A stretch of DNA of 40,270 nt from a candidate division WOR-3 bacterium. Its GTDB lineage: Bacteria; Hydrothermota; UBA3072; B12-G15. Of the stretch, positions 8,554 through 17,934 are shown piece after piece. The position numbers and the translations under genes were made by a program. The DNA is taken from NCBI GenBank assembly GCA_965649055.1, contig CBFGJG010000001.1, positions 54,134 to 94,403 on the forward strand, written 5' to 3'. A model generated the notes under the pieces. That model made no database searches and was not told the DNA's origin. It saw only the letters and a program-made list of their open reading frames with translations. How positions within the stretch are numbered: position 1 is the first letter of the stretch; each line of letters opens with the position of its first letter.

Positions 8554-11500
8554 TCAGGTAATATGTTTTTTCAATTCTTCAAAGAATGATGTTTCTTTAA
8601 TTTCTTCTGTAAACTCCATAAAAATAGGCTCAGGAATTCCCTTTAATAGTTCTATTGCAATTGGAAGATTCCTATTTTCATAAAGGATTTTTATACCACT
8701 CTCAAATATAGTCTTCAAATCGTTTGTTTTATAAAATGATTCTTCGAGATCTTTCGGGAGGTTTTCAATTATAAAACCAATTACTTTTCTGGCATCTCGA
8801 GCAAGTTCAATTATCTTTGTTTCTTTTTTTATGAATTTGTATGCTTCAATTAATGATGAATAAAAAGGTATCTGGATATTTATTATGTTTTTATTCTTAG
8901 CCTCATTAAGACCCGTTTCAAGGGTTGAGAATGCAGTTGTAAAATCACCCATATAAACCAATAATCTTCCTGTCAATTCCATAATTTTTAATCTTATTAA
9001 AGGGATATCAAAATTCTTAAGCACTTCTTCTGCATCACTGATTTCTGAAGATGCATCCTTGTTATTATGAATTTTCGAATCTATTTTTACAAGCAGACCG
9101 AGAAGTCTTATCTGTGGTGAATTTATTTTTATAGAAAGATTTATTAATCTCTCACCTGTTCCAATCGCTTTTTCAAATTCTCTCTTTTCTATGAGTAAAT
9201 CTGCCTTTGCTTCAAGAAACCTTGCAAGGACTTCAGGATTCCCAATTGTCTTCTCATCAAAATTAAGATATTTTTCTGCTTCATTTTCCATACCGCAGAA
9301 AAGATAGATCTTTGAAAGAGTCCGGGATGCATCAATTAAAAAATCATTTATTCCAATCTCTTTTGCAATATCAATACATTTTTTCAACGATGATATGGAT
9401 TCTTTAATATTTCCAGAGATAAAATAAATCTCTCCTAATCTCTGTAATATGTATGCTACAAGTGGTCTATCACCTGTTTTTTCGGCACCATCTATTGCAA
9501 GATTGTAATTCTCAATTGCTATTTCAAATTCACATTTCTTTTCATAAATCTCCCCTATATTGGTGTAACATATATTCATTTCATTTATCATACCCTGGGA
9601 TTTAAAGAAGTTCAATGCATCATTATAATAGTCAAATGCCTTTTCAAGATTCATCCTTGAAGATTCTATTATACCAAGATTTAGCTGTGAAAGGGCTTTT
9701 AATTCTTTGTCTCCAATTTCATCCGAAATTTTAACTGCCTGATTTAAGTATAATTCAGCTTCTTCTAATAAACCTGTTTGAACACACATTGCCCCGAGGT
9801 TTGTATAAGTCTGGACTTCCATTTTTCTATTCTTAAGTCTCTTCCATATCTCAAGTGATAGGTTGTAATTCTTCTTTGCTTCTTCAGAATTCCCGGTTAT
9901 ATCATTTATTTTTGCAATGTTAAAATATGCAGAAGCTGAGATTTCAAGCTTATTCTCTTTTAATGCTATATCCAGTGCATTTTTATAACTTTCCATTGCT
10001 TCTTTGAATCTTCCGGTATTCAGATAAATTCCACCCATGTTTATATTTATATGTGCTTCTCCTATCTTGTTATCTGCTTTTTTATAATGCTCAAGTGCCT
10101 TCTTGTTATATATAATTGCATTTTCTATATCACCTGTCCTTGTTAGGAGCGCTGCATAATAACCTGATATATCACCGATTTTATTATCATCCAACCTGCT
10201 TTTTAAAACCCTTTCAAAACATTCCTTTGAAAGTTTTAAATCACCTGTATTAAAATATATCCTTCCTTTTTCAATTACTGCTTCTGTCTTTATTTCAACC
10301 GATTTAATTTTTTTGTTCAAATTTTCTATCTTTTTTATATATTCAAGTGCCGGATGAAATTCAGAAAGGTATCTCATTCTTCTTTCTGTTTTAAAATAAT
10401 AATCTACTGCCTTTTCCAATTCACCTGCATTTTCAAAATGCCATCCAAGTATATCCGAATAGTTTTCCAAGTTTTCTTTGAGATACTTTTCAAGAAATGT
10501 CCCCGCCCTGTTGTGTATTTCTGCCCTTCTTTTCTTAAATAATGTAGAATACGCTGCTTCCTGATAAAGTGGGGATGTAAATTCTATATTATCTTCTATT
10601 TTTCTAAATATGCCATTTTCAATCCCTTTTTCAATAAGGTTGTTCATCCTTTCAAAAGATATATTATAAATCCCTTTTAACATATTTCTATCAAATCTGT
10701 TTCCAATGACTGAAGAATACTGGACAAATGTGTACAGTTCTTCCGGTAATCTATCAAGAAAGTCAAGGATAATTCCAGTTGCACTTTCAGGCATTTTAAA
10801 TGAAGATAAATCCCTTAAAAGCTTGAACTCACCTTTCTGGATTTTTATAAATTTTTTAGACCTTAATAGCTGGAATATATTCAGTATGAAGAAAGGGTTC
10901 CCTTTACTCTTCTTATAGACAAATTCAATTATTTTCTTCTCTAAAGGTATTCCATTGTATATTCTTAATAATTCTTCCGTTCTTTTTATGTCAAAACCTT
11001 CTAATTTTATCTCTTTCCATCCTGAAATTTTATTCTCTGATTCAAGGATTATAAGAATCTTTCTATCTTTTATCTCTAACTCCTCAAAACAGGTTAAGGT
11101 TGTTCTATCAATAGATTCGTAATCATCGAGATAAATTATTACCGGTGAAACATTAGAAATCTCATAAAAATAATTAAAGAATTTTTCCTTTAACCTTTTA
11201 ATTAAATCTTTCTCTTCTTTGATTTCAAAAAATTCCCTTAGATTTTCTGGAATATTTTTACCAAAATATCCAGATAGATAGTTTATAAAACTTGCAAATG
11301 GGATATTCTTTCTGAATCTGTCTCCCGATATGTGTATAACCCTGAATCCTTTCTCCTTTAAAAATTCATTAATAAGGGATGTTTTCCCTACACCGAATTC
11401 ACCCCATACATTTATCTTTAAACCTTCTTTCGTGAATGCATAATCACGGTTTGATTTCAGTTTTTCAATCTCTTCGTTCCTGTTTATAAAAATCTCAAAT

Positions 11501-12180
11501 CTTTTCAATTTCTTCTCTTCTTTTATCCCTAAAACCTTATATATCTGAACTGGTTTTTCCTTTCCTTTCACCTTAACGGGTTCAAGTTTTTCAAATTTAA
11601 AAATATCTTTAACGAATTTATATGTCCTGTCACTTATTATTATCTCTCCTGAACCTGCTACAACTTCAAGCCTTGCAGAAAGATTAACATTATCTCCCAT
11701 AACTGTATATTCCATTCTGTTATCGGAACCCATATTCAAAGCAACAACTTCACCGGTATTTATTCCTATACTCATATTTATCTCAACATCACCTTTTGGT
11801 GTTTTTATAACACCAAGTTCTTTGATTGCATTAATCATTTCAAGACCCGCCCTTATAGCCCTTTCAGGGTCGTCTTTATGTGCAACAGGTGCGCCAAAAA
11901 CAACCATTATTGCATCACCGAGAAACTTATCAACATCACCTTCGTATTTTTCAACAATCTCGAGCATTCTTGTAAAGTACTTATTTACTATCTCGACAAT
12001 CTTTTCAGGGTCCTGCAATTTTTCCGTCAGACTTGTAAATCCAGAAAGGTCTCCGAAGAGGATAGTTACAAATCTTCTTTCACCTTCAACCCTTACCCTT
12101 TCAGGGTTTGCCATTATCTTTTCAAATACCCTTCTTGGCAGGTATCTTTTAAATGCTTCTATAAGATTTTCATTTTCCAT
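8554..12180 (-). CDS. Class III adenylate/guanylate cyclase fused to an AAA/STAND-like NTPase and TPR repeats
   Basis: TILFGDLSGFT, DKFLGDA and YTVMGDNVNLSARLE cyclase motifs; Walker A GEFGVGKT; Walker B IIYLDD; long TPR array. ATG 12180 preferred (SD present, overlaps rpiB stop); ORF track starts at 12195. Confidence 0.9.
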   Translation of the reverse strand: MENENLIEAFKRYLPRRVFEKIMANPERVRVEGERRFVTILFGDLSGFTSLTEKLQDPEKIVEIVNKYFTRMLEIVEKYEGDVDKFLGDAIMVVFGAPVAHKDDPERAIRAGLEMINAIKELGVIKTPKGDVEINMSIGINTGEVVALNMGSDNRMEYTVMGDNVNLSARLEVVAGSGEIIISDRTYKFVKDIFKFEKLEPVKVKGKEKPVQIYKVLGIKEEKKLKRFEIFINRNEEIEKLKSNRDYAFTKEGLKINVWGEFGVGKTSLINEFLKEKGFRVIHISGDRFRKNIPFASFINYLSGYFGKNIPENLREFFEIKEEKDLIKRLKEKFFNYFYEISNVSPVIIYLDDYESIDRTTLTCFEELEIKDRKILIILESENKISGWKEIKLEGFDIKRTEELLRIYNGIPLEKKIIEFVYKKSKGNPFFILNIFQLLRSKKFIKIQKGEFKLLRDLSSFKMPESATGIILDFLDRLPEELYTFVQYSSVIGNRFDRNMLKGIYNISFERMNNLIEKGIENGIFRKIEDNIEFTSPLYQEAAYSTLFKKRRAEIHNRAGTFLEKYLKENLENYSDILGWHFENAGELEKAVDYYFKTERRMRYLSEFHPALEYIKKIENLNKKIKSVEIKTEAVIEKGRIYFNTGDLKLSKECFERVLKSRLDDNKIGDISGYYAALLTRTGDIENAIIYNKKALEHYKKADNKIGEAHININMGGIYLNTGRFKEAMESYKNALDIALKENKLEISASAYFNIAKINDITGNSEEAKKNYNLSLEIWKRLKNRKMEVQTYTNLGAMCVQTGLLEEAELYLNQAVKISDEIGDKELKALSQLNLGIIESSRMNLEKAFDYYNDALNFFKSQGMINEMNICYTNIGEIYEKKCEFEIAIENYNLAIDGAEKTGDRPLVAYILQRLGEIYFISGNIKESISSLKKCIDIAKEIGINDFLIDASRTLSKIYLFCGMENEAEKYLNFDEKTIGNPEVLARFLEAKADLLIEKREFEKAIGTGERLINLSIKINSPQIRLLGLLVKIDSKIHNNKDASSEISDAEEVLKNFDIPLIRLKIMELTGRLLVYMGDFTTAFSTLETGLNEAKNKNIINIQIPFYSSLIEAYKFIKKETKIIELARDARKVIGFIIENLPKDLEESFYKTNDLKTIFESGIKILYENRNLPIAIELLKGIPEPIFMEFTEEIKETSFFEELKKHIT

Positions 12181-12619
12181 ACCTACCTTCCTCATATGCT
12201 TTTATCTTTAAAAGCCTTTTTTGATGCCTCCCTGATTCAAATTCTGTATTAAGCCATAATTCAACAATATTTTTTGCCTTTTGTGTTTCTGTTTTTCCGC
12301 TTAAAACAAGTATGTTTGAATTATTATGTTTCCTTGAAAGTTCAGCTTCTTCTTCATCGTGAACAAGCGCTGCGTATACACCTTTTACCTTGTTTGCAAC
12401 AATACTCATTCCAATACCTGAATAACATATTAAAATCCCCCTATCAAGTTCACCTTTTGCAACCTTTTCACCTATTGGTATCGCATAGTCCGGATAATCA
12501 ACTGAATCATTTGAATAGGTTCCAAAATCTATTATTTCATAATTTTTTTCTATAAGGTAGTTTTTTATAAATTCTTTTAATTCATAACCTCTATGGTCAC
12601 AACCAATACCTATCTTCAT
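12170..12619 (-). CDS. rpiB: Ribose-5-phosphate isomerase B
   Basis: GCDHRG, SVDYPD, GILICYSGIGMSI.ANK, HNNSN and GRH motifs. Confidence 0.95.
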   Translation of the reverse strand: MKIGIGCDHRGYELKEFIKNYLIEKNYEIIDFGTYSNDSVDYPDYAIPIGEKVAKGELDRGILICYSGIGMSIVANKVKGVYAALVHDEEEAELSRKHNNSNILVLSGKTETQKAKNIVELWLNTEFESGRHQKRLLKIKAYEEGRYGK

Positions 12620-13563
12620 TTTTTCCTCCTTTTTGTTTTATTATTTAAGTGTTCATCAAGATTTTTTGAAAAATGGTGTGTTCCATCACCTTTTGATACA
12701 AAATAAAGATAATCTGTTTTTGCAGGATAGATTGCAGCCATAATAGCACTTTTCCCGGGATTACATATTGGACCGGGTGGAAGACCCGAAATCTTGTATG
12801 TGTTATATGGTGAATCTATTTCAAGGTCTTCGTAGAGTAATCTTGTCTTATGTTTTCCCAGTGCATATTGAACAGTCACGCACATCTGCAATTTCATATT
12901 TTTTTTAAGTCTGTTATATATAACACTTGAAATAAGAGGCATTTCAAATTCCTTTGCTGCTTCTTTCTGAATCATAGATGCAATAGTTAATATCTGATGT
13001 ATGGTATAATTAGAATTTTCAATTCCTATATTGAACTCTTCAATCTCCTTAAAAAGTGTCAGAACCATCTCCCTTGCTACTGACTTTGCATCTTCTCCAT
13101 AGTAGAAGAAATATGTTGTTGGGAAAAGGTATCCTTCGAGTGAATTCGCATCTATTCCCAATGATTTTATGAAATTTATATCGTTACATATATTTATAAA
13201 TTCATCCGTGTTTATCTTTCCTTTATTATAAAGTATACTTGCAATCTCATAGATTGTTAGGCCTTCAGGTATTGTAATTTTCACCTTTTCACTCACACCT
13301 TTTATAAATTTTTCCTTGATTTTAAAAACTGAGAATGAACTTTCAATAATATAATATCCTGGTTTAAAACTTTTTTCACTTTTCAGTATTTTCATAAGTA
13401 TGACAAAACCAATTCTATCTTTGATAAACCCTTCTTCCTTAAGATTAAGGGCAATCTCATTTAAGGTTTCGCCTTTTTTTATTTCAAAAAGAACCGCTTT
13501 TTTCTTTTCAGGAATTAGAAGTAATAAAGAGAAAAGAAGAATAAGTAACGGATATTTAATCAC
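12616..13563 (-). CDS. mltG: Endolytic transglycosylase MltG (YceG family)
   Basis: TIPEG, LEGYLFP.TY, ASMIQKE, NRL, SPYNTY..GLPPGPI.NPG and YLYFV motifs. GTG 13563 overlapping the ruvX stop is the likely start; ORF track starts at 13605. Confidence 0.92.
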   Translation of the reverse strand: MIKYPLLILLFSLLLLIPEKKKAVLFEIKKGETLNEIALNLKEEGFIKDRIGFVILMKILKSEKSFKPGYYIIESSFSVFKIKEKFIKGVSEKVKITIPEGLTIYEIASILYNKGKINTDEFINICNDINFIKSLGIDANSLEGYLFPTTYFFYYGEDAKSVAREMVLTLFKEIEEFNIGIENSNYTIHQILTIASMIQKEAAKEFEMPLISSVIYNRLKKNMKLQMCVTVQYALGKHKTRLLYEDLEIDSPYNTYKISGLPPGPICNPGKSAIMAAIYPAKTDYLYFVSKGDGTHHFSKNLDEHLNNKTKRRKK

Positions 13564-13939
13564 CGAAAAGAAACTCTTTAAGAATGAAACAGGCTGCAAT
13601 TTCATCTATCTTTCCTCTGTTTTTTGATGGTTTTTTACCTATCTCTCTTAAATATTCTTCTGCCCTTTTTGTAGTGAAGGATTCATCCCATTCTATAACC
13701 TCTATATCGAAATTTTCTTTTATTGATTTAATAAGTTTATCTGTTGCCTTTTTTCTTCTGCCAATTATTGGGTTCCCAACTATTATTCCATCATAAAGGT
13801 CTCTTGAAATAATCTCTTTTATTTCTTTTATTATGTCTTTACTATTTATAGATTTATACGGATAAATCATACCTGCATCATCACTTAATGCAATACCTGT
13901 TCTTTTTTCCCCGAAGTCTATTGCTATATATTTCTTCAT
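13556..13939 (-). CDS. ruvX: YqgF/RuvX pre-16S rRNA nuclease
   Basis: AIDFGEKRTGIALSD, IIVGNP, WDESFTT and IDEIAA motifs. Confidence 0.93.
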   Translation of the reverse strand: MKKYIAIDFGEKRTGIALSDDAGMIYPYKSINSKDIIKEIKEIISRDLYDGIIVGNPIIGRRKKATDKLIKSIKENFDIEVIEWDESFTTKRAEEYLREIGKKPSKNRGKIDEIAACFILKEFLFGD

Positions 13940-13945
13940 AGAAGT

Positions 13946-13973
13946 ATTTTATCTTATTTTTTTACATTGTCAA
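13946..13973 (-). promoter_or_regulatory. Promoter TTGACA-N16-TAAAAT, 6 nt before the ruvX ATG (leaderless)
   Basis: Read directly from the sequence; no SD. Confidence 0.75.
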
Positions 13974-14043
13974 TATATGAAAATTTCGCATCAAGTCTTC
14001 ACATTTGAAATGTTATAAGATTGATGCTATTAAAATATTTTTA

Positions 14044-14071
14044 TTGATTTTTTAATTTTTATATGTAGAAT
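14044..14071 (+). promoter_or_regulatory. Promoter TTGATT-N16-TAGAAT, 6 nt before the esterase ATG (leaderless)
   Basis: Read directly from the sequence; no SD. Confidence 0.7.
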
Positions 14072-14077
14072 AAAAAT

Positions 14078-14749
14078 ATGAGAAAATGTATAATTCTTCT
14101 TCATGGATTCGGTGGAACCCCTTATGAGATGTATCAACTTGGAGATTTTTTAAAAAACAGGGGATATGCTCCTGAATATCCATTACTTCCAGGACACAGG
14201 GAAAAACCAGAAAGCCTAAAAGAAATAACAAAGGAAGACTGGATAGATTATCTTTTAAATTTTTATGAAGAGATGGAAAGAAAATATGATAAAATCTATC
14301 TTTGTGGACTTTCAATGGGTGCACTACTTTCAGGTATCACTGCAACCATTAAAAAACCGGAGAAATTAATACTCCTTTCACCTGCTGTTTATGTAAAAAA
14401 ATCAAGTTTCTCTCTTGCACCAATAGGATTAATAGTAAGAAAAAAGCTTGTCAGGATTTGTGATTACAGCCTTAACCCTGAATCATACTATTTTGCACCT
14501 GCTTACAGTGTATACCAGTTATGGAGAACAAGAAACGAGTTTGTCAGGAATCTAAATTTAATAAAATCACCTACACTGATTGTTCATGGTAAAAAAGATG
14601 AGATGATAAAACCTGCTTCAGCAATTCTTGTATATAACAGATTAAAAACAAAGAAGGAATTAAGATTAATTGACGATGCAACGCATGTCCTTACACTTGA
14701 TAAAAAAAGAAAAGAAGTTTTCAATCTTGTCTACAAATGGATTAAATGA
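14078..14749 (+). CDS. Alpha/beta-hydrolase carboxylesterase/lipase
   Basis: LLHGFGG, LPGH, GLSMG nucleophile elbow, HGKKD and ATH. Confidence 0.9.
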   Translation: MRKCIILLHGFGGTPYEMYQLGDFLKNRGYAPEYPLLPGHREKPESLKEITKEDWIDYLLNFYEEMERKYDKIYLCGLSMGALLSGITATIKKPEKLILLSPAVYVKKSSFSLAPIGLIVRKKLVRICDYSLNPESYYFAPAYSVYQLWRTRNEFVRNLNLIKSPTLIVHGKKDEMIKPASAILVYNRLKTKKELRLIDDATHVLTLDKKRKEVFNLVYKWIK

Positions 14750-15756
14750 ATAAAAATTTCAAAAGGGGAATAAGATTATTTCTAATAATTCTTGTTATAA
14801 CTATTACTTTAATCCTGATATTTACAACATCAAAAGAGACATTTATAGCTTTAAAGTCTTTTAAGTTAAAATATCTTTTATATTCATTTATTCTATGGGG
14901 TTTTTATGTATTTTTTGATGCATTGAGGGTTCATACAATAATTCATGGTGTATGCGGTAAGTTCCAGAGACTATCCATTTCTTTTGATATAAATCTTATG
15001 GGTGCATTTCTTGCAGCAGTAACACCATTCCAAACAGGTGGATTCCCCATACAGATATATCTTTTACATAAGAAGGGTATCTCTGTTGGCAAGGCTACCC
15101 TGATAATTTTCCTAAGGGGAATATTCTATGCTCTTTTTTTAATAACAGTCCTTCCTTTTGTATTTCCACTGTTTAAATTCTCTGAAAGATTTTTCACTCT
15201 ATTTATATATAGTGCTCTTGTTTATGCATTTGTTATAATTGCATTCTTAATTTTTATAATAAAACCCGTTATATTAAAGACTTTAATATTCAAACTTTCA
15301 AACATTATAAAGGTAAAAAAGATTAAAAAAGGACTTTTAAGACTTTCTGATGAATTTTATGAAATGAGGGAGAAATTCTTAGGTTTTGCTACAAAAAGAA
15401 TAAAACATACATTACTTGCATATATTTTTACCCTTATCGCATTCCTGTCCTGTTATTCAATTGCACCGATTATTCTAAAAGGGCTTGGGATAAATGTTCA
15501 CTTTGCCGGTGTTTTTCTCCTGCAGCTTTTTGTAGTTCTATTAACTTTTTTCTTCCCCACACCTGGAAGCACTGGTGCAGCTGAAGGTGGTTTTGCACTG
15601 CTTTTTGCAACCGTTGCACCAAAACATATTCTTGGAATTTATTCTATACTTTGGAGATTTTATACATTTTATATCTCTGCTATAATAGGTGGTTTTTTAA
15701 CATTGAAGGTCTTCCACTTGGGGGATACTGAGATTGAAGGAAAAGATATTTCTTAA
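14746..15756 (+). CDS. MprF-like flippase-domain membrane protein (UPF0104/LPG synthase TM region)
   Basis: TPFQTGG.P.Q, PTPGSTG.AEG and WRF motifs; multiple TM helices. Confidence 0.85.
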   Translation: MNKNFKRGIRLFLIILVITITLILIFTTSKETFIALKSFKLKYLLYSFILWGFYVFFDALRVHTIIHGVCGKFQRLSISFDINLMGAFLAAVTPFQTGGFPIQIYLLHKKGISVGKATLIIFLRGIFYALFLITVLPFVFPLFKFSERFFTLFIYSALVYAFVIIAFLIFIIKPVILKTLIFKLSNIIKVKKIKKGLLRLSDEFYEMREKFLGFATKRIKHTLLAYIFTLIAFLSCYSIAPIILKGLGINVHFAGVFLLQLFVVLLTFFFPTPGSTGAAEGGFALLFATVAPKHILGIYSILWRFYTFYISAIIGGFLTLKVFHLGDTEIEGKDIS

Positions 15757-16666
15757 CCTAAAGATATTTGTTTTCATTTCTTTTATAGCAATTCTTATCA
15801 TCATTATAAGAACAACATCTATTAAGACATTCCAGGCTTTAAGGAATATGATTCCTTTATTTTTTATACTTTCAATCTTAACAACAATTTTGAGGTTTTT
15901 ATTTGATATAATAAGGTCTATATTCCTTGCAAGGTGTATGGGGAAGAATTTAAGTTTTAAAAGTTCCACTATTTTTATTCTGGGAGGTCAATTTCTTGGT
16001 GGTCTTACCCCTTTCCAGATTGGTGGTGTTCCTTTACAATTTTATTTCTTAAAAAAGGATGGAATATCAATACCTGAAACAAGTTCCATAATCTTTTCAA
16101 GAGGGGCACTATCCGCAATTGCCTTCCCTTTATTTCTTCCATTTATCTTTCTTAAAACAGAATCCTTAAAATCCCCAATTTTTAAGGGACTTTTATATTA
16201 TCTCATTGCATTCTATTCTTTTTTCTTTATTGTTTTTATAATGGTATCCCTCGGGATAAAGATAAGAAGGTTTCAAAGATTAAATGAAGGAATAGAAAGA
16301 TTCAGAGAGATATTATTAAAAGAGTATAAAAACAGGAAAATATACCTGTTCCCCGCATTTATCTTTACCATTTTTTCCCTTTTCTTTTATTTTATCACTG
16401 CACCTTTGATCCTTAAAGGTCTTGGTGTTAATGTTGATTTTGTAAAAGTATCACTTCTTCAAGTTATCCTTACATATTCTTTAAATTTTCTCCCAACACC
16501 GGGTTCATCTGGTTTTGCAGAATTTGGAGCATATGGAATCTTCAAAGATGTTTGTCCTTATGAATTGTTAGGTATTTATATTATTTTATGGCGATTTATT
16601 ACCTGTTATCTTGGTGTTATTATAGGGGGTATTTTAAGTTCTTATTATGTTCTTAGAAAAAAATAA
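15734..16666 (+). CDS. Second MprF-like flippase-domain membrane protein
   Basis: TPFQIGG.P.Q, PTPGSSG.AE and WRF motifs; TTG start overlaps the paralog. Confidence 0.85.
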   Translation: MKEKIFLNLKIFVFISFIAILIIIIRTTSIKTFQALRNMIPLFFILSILTTILRFLFDIIRSIFLARCMGKNLSFKSSTIFILGGQFLGGLTPFQIGGVPLQFYFLKKDGISIPETSSIIFSRGALSAIAFPLFLPFIFLKTESLKSPIFKGLLYYLIAFYSFFFIVFIMVSLGIKIRRFQRLNEGIERFREILLKEYKNRKIYLFPAFIFTIFSLFFYFITAPLILKGLGVNVDFVKVSLLQVILTYSLNFLPTPGSSGFAEFGAYGIFKDVCPYELLGIYIILWRFITCYLGVIIGGILSSYYVLRKK

Positions 16667-16694
16667 AGGGTCTAGCTTCTTTTGCCAGACCCTT
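16657..16694 (-). terminator. Intrinsic terminator of the lipoprotein operon (possibly bidirectional)
   Basis: Minus strand reads AAGGGTCTGGC-aaaagaa-GCTAGACCCTT (11-bp stem, one G-U) followed by TATTTTTTT. Confidence 0.8.
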
Positions 16695-16701
16695 AATTTA
16701 A

Positions 16702-17466
16702 TTATTTAAATCTTCTGTATCCTGCGATCGTCTGTAATGCGTATCTGAAGGTAATTGAATGGGCAGTTGCATCATAACTTGAAACTTCAAGTTTCACATA
16801 CTGCTTTGTATCTGTAAGCCAGAGGACATAAACCTTGTTTGCTGAAACAGCTGTTGTTCCAAGGGTGTATCCTGTCTGGTCTGCAACATCAAGATTGTCA
16901 AATGTGGATGTTGATTCTTTAAAACCAGTCACATGGAAATGTGAACCACGGATACTTGGGGAAGCAAGACAATCTGATGCATCAAGATACATATCTGCCT
17001 TCAATGAGTCAGAGCCGCCTAATGCAACTGTTGAACCTGTTCCATCTTCATTCCAGTAATATCCGGATGGATGGTCTGCTGCAGGGTCTGATATGTAATA
17101 AACTGGTCCCTGACCTGTTACAATAACAGGGGCAGTATTTATCTCATTTGAAGGGTCAGATTCACTCTTTGTTCCCTTGTAGGCTGTAACATAGAATTTT
17201 CCGATTGGTGGATTGTCAATCGTGCAGGTTGTCACTGTTCCTTCCCAAAGGAGTGAATCGCCTGCTTTTGTCCCTGAATTCCAGTAGAGTCTGTAACCAT
17301 CAATAGTGGTGTCTGACGTTGCTGTCCATGTGAATGCAAGGTCAAGGGAATCAGCACCTGCAACATTCACTGTAAGGTTTGATGGTGCTTCAATCTCAAC
17401 GACTGATTCACAACCCACAAAGGTTAGAAGAAGTGCGGCAAGGACTAAAAAAGCAAATTTTTTCAT
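16702..17466 (-). CDS. Lipoprotein with an Fn3-like N-terminal domain and a beta-rich C-terminal domain, function unknown
   Basis: MKK-hydrophobic-FVGC lipobox; APSNLTV..FTW..GYRLY..FYVTAY..ES.PSN Fn3 pattern; SD AGGAG. Confidence 0.75.
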   Translation of the reverse strand: MKKFAFLVLAALLLTFVGCESVVEIEAPSNLTVNVAGADSLDLAFTWTATSDTTIDGYRLYWNSGTKAGDSLLWEGTVTTCTIDNPPIGKFYVTAYKGTKSESDPSNEINTAPVIVTGQGPVYYISDPAADHPSGYYWNEDGTGSTVALGGSDSLKADMYLDASDCLASPSIRGSHFHVTGFKESTSTFDNLDVADQTGYTLGTTAVSANKVYVLWLTDTKQYVKLEVSSYDATAHSITFRYALQTIAGYRRFK

Positions 17467-17475
17467 TTCTCCTCC

Positions 17476-17778
17476 TTATTTTACGGTTCCAGAATGATAT
17501 TTCTTAATGTGTTCATCGTATTTTGTGCCAAGGTCCTGAAGTTGTTTTTTAACGCCTGAAATCTCCTTCATAATCTTATCAAGTTCCATTTTCAGTTGTG
17601 GTGTGATGCTTGTTTTGGTTGTATCAGGTGTGAGCAAAGGCTGAATTGCCTTCTCAATTGTCTCAATCCTCTTTGAAAGGTCATCAATCTTTGTTGTTAC
17701 AGGTGTTAAGTCAACCTTCTGACAACCAACAAAACCCAATAAAACAACGAACATTACAACATAAAACAGTTTACTCAT
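17476..17778 (-). CDS. Small coiled-coil lipoprotein
   Basis: FVGC lipobox, two heptad-repeat segments, SD GGGAGG. Confidence 0.75.
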   Translation of the reverse strand: MSKLFYVVMFVVLLGFVGCQKVDLTPVTTKIDDLSKRIETIEKAIQPLLTPDTTKTSITPQLKMELDKIMKEISGVKKQLQDLGTKYDEHIKKYHSGTVK

Positions 17779-17796
17779 AAAACCTCCCTTTTTTAT

Positions 17797-17824
17797 ATAG
17801 TAACTAAAAAGATGAAAAAGTCAA
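17797..17824 (-). promoter_or_regulatory. Promoter TTGACT-N16-TACTAT
   Basis: Upstream of the SD and ATG 17778. Confidence 0.65.
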
Positions 17825-17934
17825 GCATAAAATAAAAAAAACCATTTTAACAATGCTATATAAACACTTATTGATTTTAAATAAAGTATTAGATTAACGA
17901 AATGTAAGATAAGAAACAGGAAGGAAAGGATTTT

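Noticed and set aside
8482..8590. Short plus-strand ORF MRMKKEIQDTLTRQLKEEY..., reminiscent of a nucleotidyltransferase N-terminus
   Set aside because: Too short, lacks the GS motif and runs into the cyclase 3' end. At most a gene scar.
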